In this document: positions 20,692-31,195 of the stretch, one piece after another
How positions within the stretch are numbered: the first letter of the stretch is position 1
Layout of the letters: each line of letters opens with the position of its first letter
Source of the DNA: Spirochaetia bacterium
Lineage (GTDB): Bacteria > Spirochaetota > Spirochaetia > DSM-16054 > Sediminispirochaetaceae
Reading direction: 5' to 3'
Length of the DNA: 64,000 nt
Assembly (NCBI GenBank): GCA_034520965.1
Contig: JAXHMY010000002.1
Span: 224,001-288,000 of the forward strand
Notes under the pieces: model-generated
Told to the model about the DNA's origin: nothing
What the model saw: only the letters and a program-made list of their open reading frames with translations
Databases searched by the model: none
Program-made: the position numbers and the translations under genes

Positions 20692-21843
20692 CTATTCCCT
20701 ATTTTTTCGGTGATGCGGAAGGTATTTACGGCGGCGCTTCTGTGCAGACGGCACAGGGCGCCGTTTTTTCATTATATGCGGCGGGGTTTGGATTCCCTGT
20801 TCGCGATATAACCACACTACCGCCATCTCCACTTCCTGGTTCAGGGGAGTCAGCGGTTCTATCAAACGTTTTACTTCCTTGAACATATCCTGAAAGAGAA
20901 ACGAGGTATTTTCCCACTCTTCAGGGAAAATGCAGACCCCTTCCACCAAAGCGGCAATCAGCCGTCCTCTGCGTTTTTCCCCTTTCTCTCTCACCCGTTG
21001 GTCAACTTTTTCTATGTTCTCAAAGAACTTATCCCGCTCTCTACTGCTCTTATCTTTCAACAGAGTATCTATTATCGGCAAGAACCGTTCCAGTAAATTA
21101 TATTGGGTCATAGTACGAATTATTTCAGCTGAATACCCAGACTCAATGATTTTAAACATCTCTTCAGTCAACCGTGATGGAGGGCAGCGGTCAAGTTCAA
21201 CCGAGTGTTTTTTAATACTGCGTTGAAGCCGCCATGGGATTTTAAACCCGTGCTGTACGGAATATTTTACCGCCCGTATCATCCTCACCGGATCTTCTAT
21301 AAAAGTTTTATTTAGTGGAATCAATGAGCGCATTCGACGTTTTTTTATATCCCCATATCCTTCGACAAAGTCGAACAGCTCTTGCTGTATGGGATCATAA
21401 TAGAGGGCATTAATGGAAAAATCACGTCGATGTACATCCTCTTCCATAGAACCGAATATATTGTTGTTGTATTTTCCGGGTTTATCAGATTCCTCTTCAG
21501 TCTGGGTAGCTCTAAAGGTAGAGACCTCAATTATTTTTCCCGGAAAATGGACATGCACCAACCTGAAGCGACGGCCGATCACCCTGGCGTTACTGAAGAA
21601 TTTTTTTATCTCGTTTGGTTTTGCATCGGTAACTATATCGAAGTCCTTTGGAAATCGATCGATCAGCAGATCCCGCACAGCACCTCCGACCAAATAGGCT
21701 GAAAACCCCTTGTCGTTCAAGCGCTTGATCACTTTTACCGCATCCTTATCTACCCTGTTTACATCGATCTTATGCTCGTGGGCCGCATAAATTTTAGCTA
21801 CCTGTTTAGCCTTATTTCCGTGTGCTCCGTATCTTACTCTCAA
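20692..21843 (-). CDS. pcnB: Poly(A) polymerase
   Basis: AYLVGGAVRD, KDFD, PAP signature IGRRFRLVHV, RRDFSINAL, EDPVRMIRA; likely TTG start at 21843. Confidence 0.9.
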   Translation of the reverse strand: MRVRYGAHGNKAKQVAKIYAAHEHKIDVNRVDKDAVKVIKRLNDKGFSAYLVGGAVRDLLIDRFPKDFDIVTDAKPNEIKKFFSNARVIGRRFRLVHVHFPGKIIEVSTFRATQTEEESDKPGKYNNNIFGSMEEDVHRRDFSINALYYDPIQQELFDFVEGYGDIKKRRMRSLIPLNKTFIEDPVRMIRAVKYSVQHGFKIPWRLQRSIKKHSVELDRCPPSRLTEEMFKIIESGYSAEIIRTMTQYNLLERFLPIIDTLLKDKSSRERDKFFENIEKVDQRVREKGEKRRGRLIAALVEGVCIFPEEWENTSFLFQDMFKEVKRLIEPLTPLNQEVEMAVVWLYREQGIQTPPHIMKKRRPVPSAQKRRRKYLPHHRKNRE

Positions 21844-21912
21844 ATTAAACTCGCTTGATGAATGTATATCTTTTAGTCTACTATATATTAGGGACTTGTT
21901 CCTAATTTTGCA

Positions 21913-21975
21913 ATAGTTTCGATTGCTGTTCTGCGGCAATCGAAACTATGAAAATAGCCATATACGGCTATTTTC
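21913..21975. repeat. Two adjacent inverted repeats in the pcnB/hisS divergent intergenic region
   Basis: ATAGTTTCGATTGC/GCAATCGAAACTAT (14 bp) and GAAAATAGCC/GGCTATTTTC (10 bp). Confidence 0.85.
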
Positions 21976-22009
21976 TGAATAGGGATAGCCGAACACTAAG
22001 GAGTAAGCA

Positions 22010-23320
22010 ATGTTGATTGAGCCCAAAATACTGAAAGGCTTTCGTGATTTCCTGCCGCTGGAAGCGGCCGCCCGTAAGGATATTCAGCACACTTTAGAAA
22101 AAATATTTGAGTCTTTTGGTTTTCAACCAATCGATACCCCTGTCCTGGAATACACCGAAGTTCTGCTGGGCAAAGGCGGCGGGGAGACCGACAAGCAGAT
22201 GTACCGTTTTCGCGACCAAGGAAACCGCGACGTTGCCATGCGTTTTGATCTGACGGTACCCTTTGCCAGATTTATGGCACGCAATGAGAATGACCTCATT
22301 ATACCCTTCAAACGGTACCACATCGATAAAGTATGGCGGGAGAACACCCAACGCGGCAGGTACCGCGAATTTACCCAATGCGATTTTGATATTGTCGGAA
22401 CCGACAGTTTTTCCGCGGACTTCGAAATATTGCTGATGATGTACCGTTCCTTCGAAGCACTCGGCATCAGTGATATCACCATCAAACTGAATCACCGGGG
22501 CATCTTTAACCGCTTTTTAGAGCTCGAGGGTATACAGGAAAAATCAACTGAGATTATGCGCTCCATCGATAAACTGAGTAAGCTCGGACCGGCCAAGGTG
22601 CGGGAACTGCTTGAAGCTGAGATCGGATTACAAGCGGCCGAAAAGATACTGACCTATATCCAGCCGAAGGACAATTTCTTAGATACCCTGGCTATGATTA
22701 CCGAACTATCGGGCGGTGAAAACGATGAAAGTCTCAGAATGAAAAACCTCTATGAGGGGTTTCAAAGGCTTGGGATTCAGGACCGCTTTTTTCTGGACTC
22801 TTCAATCATGCGCGGCCTGGATTATTACACCGGAATCGTGTACGAAACCTTTTTTGATAAGCTGCCGGAGATAGGCTCGGTCTGTTCCGGTGGACGCTAC
22901 AACGATCTGGCCTCGCTGTATACAAAAACCCATCTTCCTGGTGTCGGTTCATCAATCGGGCTGGATAGGTTAATGGCAGCCCTTGAAGAACTTGGCCGAG
23001 CAGGTTCTTCAGCAGGCTCGGCAGATATCGGTGTATTCTGCCTTGATGAAAAACTTAGTGCGTACTATCACTCTCTGGCTGAACAATTTCGCCGTGAGGG
23101 ATTGAAGTGTGATGTGTTCTATGAACAGCAGAAATTGGGGCGTCAGTTTAAAACGGCTGAAAAGAAGGGTATTCCAATTGCCCTTATTTGCGGTGAAGAT
23201 GAACAAGCTAACTCTACCGTTTCCATGAAGGACCTGACTACGCGGGAAGCCTACAATCAAATCAACCTTCAGGAAGCCATCTCCACTGCCCGGGAAATTG
23301 TAGAACGAATTAACAGCTAA
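22010..23320 (+). CDS. hisS: Histidyl-tRNA synthetase
   Basis: KGFRDF, RFDLTVP, RGRYREFTQCDFD, RGLDYYTG, GGRY motifs. Confidence 0.95.
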   Translation: MLIEPKILKGFRDFLPLEAAARKDIQHTLEKIFESFGFQPIDTPVLEYTEVLLGKGGGETDKQMYRFRDQGNRDVAMRFDLTVPFARFMARNENDLIIPFKRYHIDKVWRENTQRGRYREFTQCDFDIVGTDSFSADFEILLMMYRSFEALGISDITIKLNHRGIFNRFLELEGIQEKSTEIMRSIDKLSKLGPAKVRELLEAEIGLQAAEKILTYIQPKDNFLDTLAMITELSGGENDESLRMKNLYEGFQRLGIQDRFFLDSSIMRGLDYYTGIVYETFFDKLPEIGSVCSGGRYNDLASLYTKTHLPGVGSSIGLDRLMAALEELGRAGSSAGSADIGVFCLDEKLSAYYHSLAEQFRREGLKCDVFYEQQKLGRQFKTAEKKGIPIALICGEDEQANSTVSMKDLTTREAYNQINLQEAISTAREIVERINS

Positions 23321-23337
23321 GGAGCACCAGATATTAT

Positions 23338-25893
23338 ATGCGTCCTGAAGAACTTCCGGTATACCAGCAGCGTGATAAGATTTTAAGAGAAATCGAACAG
23401 AACCAGGTAGTGGTGGTTGAAAGCCCCACGGGCTCCGGAAAAACCACACAACTGCCGCTGATTCTCTACCAAGCCGGGTACGGGCAGACCGGTAGAATCG
23501 GAGTTACCCAGCCTCGGCGGATAGCCGCTGTATCGGTCAGTGAGTACATTGCTACCCAGATCAACGACCGTGTTCCCGGTATAGTCGGCTATAAAATGCG
23601 TTTTGAAGATCAGACCATACCCGAAACCAGAATTAAAATCATGACCGACGGTATCCTGCTGCAGGAACTGAAGGCCGATAATATGCTTACCGCTTATTCG
23701 GTAATTATGGTCGATGAGGCCCATGAGCGCAGCCTGAATATCGATTTTATACTCGGTTTGTTAAAGCAGATCATCGATGCCCGGCCCGAGTTCAAAGTGA
23801 TAATTTCTTCGGCTACCATCAATGCCGAAATTTTTTCAACCTATTTCAACGGCTGTCCAATTGTACATATTGAAACTCAGATGTATCCGGTGCAGATTAT
23901 CTACGACGCCCCCTCACAGGTTTCCAAGGAAGATGCCCTGCAGGAGAAAATTCAGGCGATCGTGGAGCGTGTCATTCAGAGTGGCCGCAGCGGTGACATT
24001 CTTATCTTTCTCTCCGGCGAGAAACCAATCAAAGAGTGCCTCGCCCGGCTTTCCGGTTGTGCTGTTAACAAGCGGCTGCAGCTGCTTCCGCTTTATGGGC
24101 GCCTTTCGAAGGAAGAACAGGAACGGGTGTTCGACCCTCCCTCCGAGGGGAAATCAAAAGTGGTGATATCCACCAACATAGCCGAGACGAGTGTGACTAT
24201 CGATGGGGTCACTACGGTTATCGACTCCGGTCAGGCAAAGATGAATTACTACAACCCCAGAACATATACCTCATCTCTAATCGAGGGGCCGATTTCTAAG
24301 GCAAGCTGCAATCAGCGTAAGGGACGGGCAGGCCGCACTCAGCCGGGTGTCTGCTACCGTCTGTACTCTAAAAAGGATTTTGACCACCGGGACATGTATA
24401 CTCTGGAGGAGATTTACCGTACCGATCTCTCAGAGGTAGTTTTGCGCATGGCGGAGCTCGGTATTTACGATTTTGAGGACTTTGACTTTATCTCCCCCCC
24501 CGGTGCCGGGGGGATCAAGGGAGCCGTCGAGACCCTGACACTGCTCCAGGCCATCGACCGCAGTCGGGAGCTCACCGAAACCGGCAAGATGATGGTTGAA
24601 TTTCCGCTCATTCCCCGGCATTCACGAATAATTGTAGAGGCAATTCGAAAATACCATGATGTACTGGAAGAGGTATTGATTGCCGCGGCTTTTCTCTCTA
24701 CCCATACTCCCTTTCTGCTGCCCCCTGGGGAGGAAATGGAGGCGCGTCATGCCCATCACCATTTCAGTGATGCCTCTGGGGATTTTGTCAGCTACCTGAA
24801 ACTATTTCGGGCTTATGCAACACAGCGGGATTCTAAGCACCGTGAAAACTTCTGCAGCAGGTACTATCTCGATGTTAAAGTAATGAACGAAATAGTAAAT
24901 ATCAAAGGACAGCTTGCGGAAATTGTATCCGAGATGGGAGTTCCCCTGGCCTCCGGCGGAAGTACCAAGGATTACCTGTGTGCGGTTTCTGCAGGGCTGC
25001 TGCAGTTTGTATGCGAGCGGTCGGGAAAAAGCTCCTACCGCAGCCTTACTGCCGATAAAATCCAAATCCATCCTGGTTCGGTTATGTTTCGTGAAGCCCC
25101 ACCGTACATTGTTGCCGGAGAGATAGTCCGAACCAGTCGGATGTTTGCCCGTTCGGTGTCCCCCTTAAAACGCCAATGGCTGCCGGAGATCTCGGAACGG
25201 CTTGCAGCCGAATTCGGGGGTGCTCAACGGTACGACCGTGGAGCGAAAGAGGGGCTACGGGAACCAAAAGGAAAGGGGCGAAAAGAGAAAAAGGGCACTG
25301 CCGTGGCCTCTCCCCGCGAGGATAACCGTGATACTAGCTGGGAGTTTCACCTGGGCGGAGAGCTGTTTAAGCTGGAACCTTACAAGAAAAACAAAAAAAT
25401 GGCCGTCCTTCCCTGGGAAAAAATAAGGCGGGTGGTCGACCACGCAGCCCCACAGGAACTAAAAACTCATGAAAAGCTGCGGGGAAAGATTGTCTACCAA
25501 AATTATGACATTCATCCCGGAGATCAACTCGGAAGTATTATAAAAATTGTACCCTATATCGATCCAGTGCAGGATATGCGCGAAAAACCGTCCAAGCGTG
25601 GAAGCTTTTCTACAGCCACCGATCTACCGCAGCTGTGCGATGAGTTGGAGAAGATTCTAAAACTCACCCCCAGCCGTAAAAAAAGCAAAACCCTGGGTTT
25701 CTTAACTCTGGATACGGACAGAACCGGCAACTACTGGCTCAAGGTAATCAGAAGCTTTCATACTGCGGTAGACGTAAGTCTTGCCAGTCTAGAGTTATTG
25801 GCGGACGAGCTGAATGAATCTGTCGACAAGCAGCACCTTCAAAAGGTTAACCGGGTGTATAGAAGATTGTCTGAGATTTATGAGAACTACTAA
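23338..25893 (+). CDS. hrpA: ATP-dependent RNA helicase HrpA (DEAH box)
   Basis: PTGSGKTTQ, DEAHERS, SAT, STNIAETSVT, QRKGRAGR. Confidence 0.9.
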   Translation: MRPEELPVYQQRDKILREIEQNQVVVVESPTGSGKTTQLPLILYQAGYGQTGRIGVTQPRRIAAVSVSEYIATQINDRVPGIVGYKMRFEDQTIPETRIKIMTDGILLQELKADNMLTAYSVIMVDEAHERSLNIDFILGLLKQIIDARPEFKVIISSATINAEIFSTYFNGCPIVHIETQMYPVQIIYDAPSQVSKEDALQEKIQAIVERVIQSGRSGDILIFLSGEKPIKECLARLSGCAVNKRLQLLPLYGRLSKEEQERVFDPPSEGKSKVVISTNIAETSVTIDGVTTVIDSGQAKMNYYNPRTYTSSLIEGPISKASCNQRKGRAGRTQPGVCYRLYSKKDFDHRDMYTLEEIYRTDLSEVVLRMAELGIYDFEDFDFISPPGAGGIKGAVETLTLLQAIDRSRELTETGKMMVEFPLIPRHSRIIVEAIRKYHDVLEEVLIAAAFLSTHTPFLLPPGEEMEARHAHHHFSDASGDFVSYLKLFRAYATQRDSKHRENFCSRYYLDVKVMNEIVNIKGQLAEIVSEMGVPLASGGSTKDYLCAVSAGLLQFVCERSGKSSYRSLTADKIQIHPGSVMFREAPPYIVAGEIVRTSRMFARSVSPLKRQWLPEISERLAAEFGGAQRYDRGAKEGLREPKGKGRKEKKGTAVASPREDNRDTSWEFHLGGELFKLEPYKKNKKMAVLPWEKIRRVVDHAAPQELKTHEKLRGKIVYQNYDIHPGDQLGSIIKIVPYIDPVQDMREKPSKRGSFSTATDLPQLCDELEKILKLTPSRKKSKTLGFLTLDTDRTGNYWLKVIRSFHTAVDVSLASLELLADELNESVDKQHLQKVNRVYRRLSEIYENY

Positions 25894-25901
25894 ATTGGCC
25901 T

Positions 25902-26954
25902 TTAAGCTCTTAGGCTTTGCAGCACAGCTTCGCGGGGCGCAGTTTGATAGCTGGTGCAGCCATGACCGGACTGCAGAATAAACCTCACTTGGCCGTCTTT
26001 CTTCTTTTTGTCCCTCTGCATGGCCGACAGCAGCAGCTCAGCATCCTGCGGCATGGAATCAAGCCTGTACCCATACTTGCGCAGCAGAGCATGTACCTGA
26101 TCGGAATACTCCTGGGAAGTAAGCCCCAAAACCAGTCCTAAATGCATTGCCCGGCCGATACCCCATGCAACCGCCTGGCCGTGGCTCCATTCCCCGAGGC
26201 CACTGATCGATTCCAGGGCGTGGGCAAAGGTATGGCCCAAATTTAGGTGGCCGCGGATATTTTGATCGTAGGGATCCTGCTCTATGTACCACTGTTTTAC
26301 CAGTTGGGATTTAAAAATTATCTCTTCCAGAACATTGTTATCCCTACGATCAATATCGCGCTTGCGATTTTGCAGCAATTCCAACAGGTCGGAATCACGC
26401 AGTAAAGCGTGCTTAATAACCTCGCCTAAGCCGCTGAAGTACTCACTCTCCGGCAGGGATTGCAGCACTTCAGGAAACACACGTATTTCATAGGCCGGAT
26501 GAAAAGTCCCCAGAATATTCTTATAGCCCTGGAAGTCGATTCCGGTTTTTCCTCCTAGGGCCGCATCGACCATTGCCAGCAGGGTCGTTGGAACCAGAAT
26601 AACCGGACCGCCGCGCATATACATCGAAGAGAGGAATGCGGTAATATCACATACTACTCCACCGCCGACTGCAATAAAAGTCGTCTCACGAGTGGCCCCC
26701 TGTGATAAAGCCCATTCGGCAATCTTCAACAGGCTATCTGAACTCTTGAACTGTTCCCCCGCCGGTAACACATAGTAAGGGTATTGGGTAGGAGGAAATA
26801 GATTTTGCGTATTTTCATCAAAAATTAGTACAGCGGCGGGACTGTCGTTCCGGTCAAAACCGCTCCCCTTATTCAGAGTATCATAGGAGCGCAATGTATT
26901 GGGAAACAGTACTCGAGACGATTTATGTTCTAAACGTATCGAAAAACTTTTCAT
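25902..26954 (-). CDS. aroB: 3-dehydroquinate synthase
   Basis: GGGVVCD, PTTLLAMVDAALGGKTG, LNLGHTFAHALE, HGQAVA. Confidence 0.92.
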   Translation of the reverse strand: MKSFSIRLEHKSSRVLFPNTLRSYDTLNKGSGFDRNDSPAAVLIFDENTQNLFPPTQYPYYVLPAGEQFKSSDSLLKIAEWALSQGATRETTFIAVGGGVVCDITAFLSSMYMRGGPVILVPTTLLAMVDAALGGKTGIDFQGYKNILGTFHPAYEIRVFPEVLQSLPESEYFSGLGEVIKHALLRDSDLLELLQNRKRDIDRRDNNVLEEIIFKSQLVKQWYIEQDPYDQNIRGHLNLGHTFAHALESISGLGEWSHGQAVAWGIGRAMHLGLVLGLTSQEYSDQVHALLRKYGYRLDSMPQDAELLLSAMQRDKKKKDGQVRFILQSGHGCTSYQTAPREAVLQSLRA

Positions 26955-26965
26955 CCTAAGGGTGA

Positions 26966-27295
26966 TTATTCACCTAAGTTGCGAACGATCGTACGTATAA
27001 AAGGATCAATTATCGAATAGTAACGTTTATTTCCCTGAACTTCAGAGGCAACAATACCTTTATCCTTAAGAACGGCAAGATGTTGTGATACCACCGGCTG
27101 CGACTGGTTAAGCAGGCGCCACAACTCGCTTACACAGGCTTCCTCTTGCTCAATTAAACAGAGAAGCTTTAGTCGTACAGGATGTCCACACACCTTCAGT
27201 CTTTCGGCGTATGTTTCAATCATTGCATCTGAACAGCATGTATTTTCTACCATATTGCAATTAGAGTACACGGAATATGTTTTTTTTTCAAGCAC
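26966..27295 (-). CDS. ArsR/SmtB-family transcriptional regulator
   Basis: GHPVRLKLL, SQPVVSQHLAVLK HTH; start uncertain. Confidence 0.85.
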   Translation of the reverse strand: MLEKKTYSVYSNCNMVENTCCSDAMIETYAERLKVCGHPVRLKLLCLIEQEEACVSELWRLLNQSQPVVSQHLAVLKDKGIVASEVQGNKRYYSIIDPFIRTIVRNLGE

Positions 27296-27464
27296 TATTA
27301 TATAAAAAATGCACGATTCAAAAGAGAGAATTTTAAAATTACCAGATTTTTGAAGGTACCCAGGGTTTTAGCCTTTTACTGCACTCATAGGCGGGCCGCT
27401 ATAGGCAGTCAGATTAGCTTGCACGCTTGCAAGAGAAGAGCTTATTGTTTTACTATATTCATCT

Positions 27465-28670
27465 ATGAAACCGATATATCTTGATTGGGCGGCCAGCTCT
27501 CCTATGGACCCTGAGCTGGCTCCACCTATGCTTGAGCTATATACACACAATTACGGCAACCCATCCTCCCCTCATTCCTTTGGAAGAACTGCAAAAAAAA
27601 TACTCCGGGAAGCTCGAAAAAAATGCAGCGTGCTGCTACAGGTAAATCCCGAACAACTTATCTTTACCTCAGGCGGCACCGAGGCCAATACTCTCCCTCT
27701 GCTATCACTGCTGCGACGCAGTTCCGGGGGCGAGATTGTCCTATCCGCATTTGAGCATGCAGCCGTATATGAGCTGGGAAGCCTGTTCCGGGATAAGGGG
27801 TTCCAGGTAAAAGAGGTAAAACCCGACGCACACGGAATAATCCAGCCGGAGGATGTTCGCAAGCAGCTTAGCCCGACAACTATTGCTGTAGCCGTGATGC
27901 TGGTGAACAACGAAATCGGAAGCATCCAGCCTATCCGTAGAATTTCTCAGGAAATCCGTACGTTTGAGGCCGAACATTCCACCCGCATCCATTTCCATTG
28001 TGATGCAGTCCAGGCGCTGGGAAAGCTGCATTTGAGTCCTGAGAGTTCAGGGACCGATACTATGGCTTTCAGCGGGCATAAATTTTGCGCGCCAAAAGGA
28101 ATCGGTTTGCTGTACAGTAAAAATAAGTTCACCCCCCTCGCCTCCGGAGGCGGACAAGAGTTTGGTATACGACCGGGAACAGAGAATATTCCTGCTGTCT
28201 GGGCTTTTGGTGAGGCCCTTGAAAAGCGTTGCCGCCATATGGAAGCTGAGTATGCACACGCCGTTAGGCTGCATGACCGTTTGATTATGCAGATAGAAAA
28301 AATTGAAGGAGCCGCAGTGTTTCCCCAGGCTAGACCAAGAGCTGATATGCTCGGTTCCGGCAAGTGGTCGGAACTGAAATACTCACCCTATATAGTGGCC
28401 CTTAACCTCTCCCCGGTACCCGGAGAAATTTGTGCCAGGGTACTCAACGACCGCGGAATAGCAGTTGCAACCGGTTCGGCCTGCTCTTCGAGCCATAAGA
28501 AGCAGCGGGGGCGAGTGGCGTATTCCGTAACTGCCAATGAACAGATCGCCCAAGGAATTATCAGAGTCTCCTTCGGCCCTGGCAATTCTGAATCTGATAT
28601 AGATACCTTTGCACAGACCTTGCAGCAGGAATTGCAACTGCTGCGAAAAACAGTGCGGCCCTCACGATAG
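27465..28670 (+). CDS. iscS: Cysteine desulfurase (IscS/NifS family)
   Basis: YLDWAAS, GNPSS, FTSGGTEAN, SGHKF, GSACSS. Confidence 0.88.
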   Translation: MKPIYLDWAASSPMDPELAPPMLELYTHNYGNPSSPHSFGRTAKKILREARKKCSVLLQVNPEQLIFTSGGTEANTLPLLSLLRRSSGGEIVLSAFEHAAVYELGSLFRDKGFQVKEVKPDAHGIIQPEDVRKQLSPTTIAVAVMLVNNEIGSIQPIRRISQEIRTFEAEHSTRIHFHCDAVQALGKLHLSPESSGTDTMAFSGHKFCAPKGIGLLYSKNKFTPLASGGGQEFGIRPGTENIPAVWAFGEALEKRCRHMEAEYAHAVRLHDRLIMQIEKIEGAAVFPQARPRADMLGSGKWSELKYSPYIVALNLSPVPGEICARVLNDRGIAVATGSACSSSHKKQRGRVAYSVTANEQIAQGIIRVSFGPGNSESDIDTFAQTLQQELQLLRKTVRPSR

Positions 28671-28699
28671 ACCTACTTACAACAACAGGAGTTAACTAC

Positions 28700-29917
28700 A
28701 TGAATGCAATCTACCTCATCAAGTTTGGGGAGCTTTCTCTTAAAAAAGAAAATCGCAATTTCTATGAAAAAAAGCTAAAAAGTAATCTTCGCCGTAATAT
28801 AGAGGCACGGAATGCTCACATAAAATACACAAACGGACGCTTTTATGTAGAAACTCCCGAGGAAAATGCGCCACAAATCGAAAGAGCACTTTCCCGTACC
28901 TTTGGGATAGTCGGTTTCTCAAGAGCACGGCGAGTTCAGAAGGATATTGAACTTATTAAGAGAACTGCAAAAAAAGTCGTCGAAGCACTGCGTGCCGAAA
29001 ATCCAGGTCTTTCTGGGGCAACAAGCTTTAAGATTGAAGCCCGCCGCACAGATAAATCTTTTAAGCTGAACTCCTACGAAATTGCCTGCGAGATAGGAAA
29101 TTACCTGATAGATGAGTTTACGTCTTTGTCAGTCGATGTACACTCACCCGACCTCAAAATTTTTGTAGAAATACGTGAAGAGGCTTTTATCTACGGGAAC
29201 CCCAGCCCGGGGCCTGGAGGCTTGCCTGTCGGTACCGCAGGACGGGGGCTGCTTATGCTATCGGGGGGTATAGACTCACCGGTCGCCGGTCATATGATGG
29301 CAAAACGCGGGCTAAAACTGGACTGTGTCTATTTTCATGCCTATCCTTATACTTCTGAAGATGCTTTAAACAAAGTAAAAGAGCTTACAAAAATTCTAAG
29401 CCCCTACATTGGAGGTGCTAATTTTTTTGTTGTCCCCTTTACCGAAGTCCAGCTTCGAATAAACGAACGGGCATTACCCCAGGAAGTGACCCTGCTGATG
29501 CGGGCGGGGATGGTGAAAATTGCAGAAATACTTGCCCACCGCAACCGGGCCGCCTGCCTAGTGACCGGGGAATCCCTCAGCCAAGTGGCCAGCCAAACCC
29601 TGGAAAGCATCACTTTTACCGGCAGCGCTGCACAAATGCCTATTTTCAGGCCGCTGATGGGGCTTGATAAAGAGGAGATTATTCAACGGGCGCGGGAAGT
29701 TGGAACCTTCGAAACCTCGATCCTGCCCTATGATGACTGCTGCACCATTTTTACCGCAGAGCATCCGCTGCTTAAACCGGGACTGGAGAGGATGTGGAAA
29801 TCCTGGGACAGACTGGAAATTGAACAGCTGTTAACTCAGGCCGCAGATAATACAGAACGGCACTATGTCCACCCAATTTACGGCTTTGATACTAACCGCT
29901 ACGAACCGGAGGGTTAA
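28700..29917 (+). CDS. thiI: tRNA 4-thiouridine synthase ThiI
   Basis: THUMP domain, LSGGIDSPVA PP-loop, GESLSQVASQT, DCC. Confidence 0.93.
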   Translation: MNAIYLIKFGELSLKKENRNFYEKKLKSNLRRNIEARNAHIKYTNGRFYVETPEENAPQIERALSRTFGIVGFSRARRVQKDIELIKRTAKKVVEALRAENPGLSGATSFKIEARRTDKSFKLNSYEIACEIGNYLIDEFTSLSVDVHSPDLKIFVEIREEAFIYGNPSPGPGGLPVGTAGRGLLMLSGGIDSPVAGHMMAKRGLKLDCVYFHAYPYTSEDALNKVKELTKILSPYIGGANFFVVPFTEVQLRINERALPQEVTLLMRAGMVKIAEILAHRNRAACLVTGESLSQVASQTLESITFTGSAAQMPIFRPLMGLDKEEIIQRAREVGTFETSILPYDDCCTIFTAEHPLLKPGLERMWKSWDRLEIEQLLTQAADNTERHYVHPIYGFDTNRYEPEG

Positions 29918-30237
29918 GAGCTGCTGCTCCCCTTGTCGGAACCGCCCGATCCCTTCGCACCGGCGGGAGCGGGTGCTCCACTGTTGTTAGAGCCGGAATC
30001 TGCAGAAGCTTGAGCTGTGTCCGTCGATGGTTTTGTTTTGGCCTCAGTTTTATTTCCATTGCGGTTATCGGTTACATAAAAACCGCTTCCCTTAAATATT
30101 ATTCCCATCCCTCCGCCGATAAGGCGCCGTAAAGCACCCCGGCATTCCGGACACTCTACGAGTGGATCGTCGGACATGGATTGAAAATGTTCAAAATTGT
30201 ATCCGCACTGCTTGCATTCGTAATCGTATGTGGGCAT
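29914..30237 (-). CDS. FmdB-family zinc-ribbon protein
   Basis: MPTYDYECKQCG...CPEC...FKGSGFYVTD. Confidence 0.88.
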   Translation of the reverse strand: MPTYDYECKQCGYNFEHFQSMSDDPLVECPECRGALRRLIGGGMGIIFKGSGFYVTDNRNGNKTEAKTKPSTDTAQASADSGSNNSGAPAPAGAKGSGGSDKGSSSS

Positions 30238-30383
30238 TTCCCATGCTCCTTTGGCATTTTTTAGTTGTATTATGTATAAATATACTCACCTTCTTTACTA
30301 GGGGGCAAGTAAAATTAGAATAAGCTCAAAACCTTTAAGGTAAGTTACTTATGTTAAACAATTGCTGTAGTAAAATAGAACTC

Positions 30384-31151
30384 TTAATCTACGCGTACCG
30401 GTACTCCGGCATTTGACAAATCGCTTTTTATTCCATGTATAGTATAGCCCTGGATATGAACCATAGATGCAATGAGGGCAGCATCCGCCTTACCCTCGGA
30501 CAATACTTCTATCAGGTGTTTGCTGCTTCCCGCACCGCCCGACGCAACCACCGGTACTTCCAAAGAAGTTGACAAGAGTCTAGTCAGTGGAATCTCGTAT
30601 CCCTCGCGGGTACCGTCGGCATCAATGGAATTAACAACAACTTCACCGGCTCCAAGCTGCACCGCCTGCCGTGCCCACTCCAGAGCATCCAGCTCGGTAG
30701 CTGTTCGGCCTCCATTGATATATACTCGATACCCCGAGGGCATCACTGCATCACGGGCAGCATCCATCCCCAGTACTACACACTGGTTGCCAAATAGTTC
30801 GGCTCCCTGCCGGATAATCCGGGGGTTCTTCACCGCCTGGCTGTTTACACTGACCTTTTCTGCACCGGCTAATATAACCGCCCGCATATCATCTAAAGAG
30901 GCAATCCCGCCGCCCACCGCAAAGGGAATAAATATTTTTTCTGCTACCCCTCTGACCACATCTAACATAATACCGCGTTTCTCATGGGATGCAGTAATAT
31001 CATAAAACACCAGTTCATCGACACCCTGTCGGTAATACTCCTCAGCCATCTCAACCGGATCACCAACTTCGACGTTTCCCTTAAACCGAACACCCTTGGT
31101 GGTTTTACCGTCTTTTACATCGAGGCATACAATAACTCTTTTTTGCAGCAT
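30384..31151 (-). CDS. hisF: Imidazole glycerol phosphate synthase cyclase subunit
   Basis: KRVIVCLDV, DELVFYDITAS, SIDADGT, ASGGAG. Confidence 0.95.
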   Translation of the reverse strand: MLQKRVIVCLDVKDGKTTKGVRFKGNVEVGDPVEMAEEYYRQGVDELVFYDITASHEKRGIMLDVVRGVAEKIFIPFAVGGGIASLDDMRAVILAGAEKVSVNSQAVKNPRIIRQGAELFGNQCVVLGMDAARDAVMPSGYRVYINGGRTATELDALEWARQAVQLGAGEVVVNSIDADGTREGYEIPLTRLLSTSLEVPVVASGGAGSSKHLIEVLSEGKADAALIASMVHIQGYTIHGIKSDLSNAGVPVRVD

Positions 31152-31195
31152 GAGCTTCTTCCTTTTCCGCCCATAACTTATGGGTTGAACGAATA

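Noticed and set aside
21888..22009. T-box riboswitch or His leader peptide upstream of hisS
   Set aside because: No T-box consensus (GGTGGNACC), region too short, and no His-rich leader ORF
30311..30370. Partial similarity to the MITE end (AAAATTAGAAT; AATTGCTGT)
   Set aside because: Short AT-rich matches with no paired end or TSD; plausibly chance
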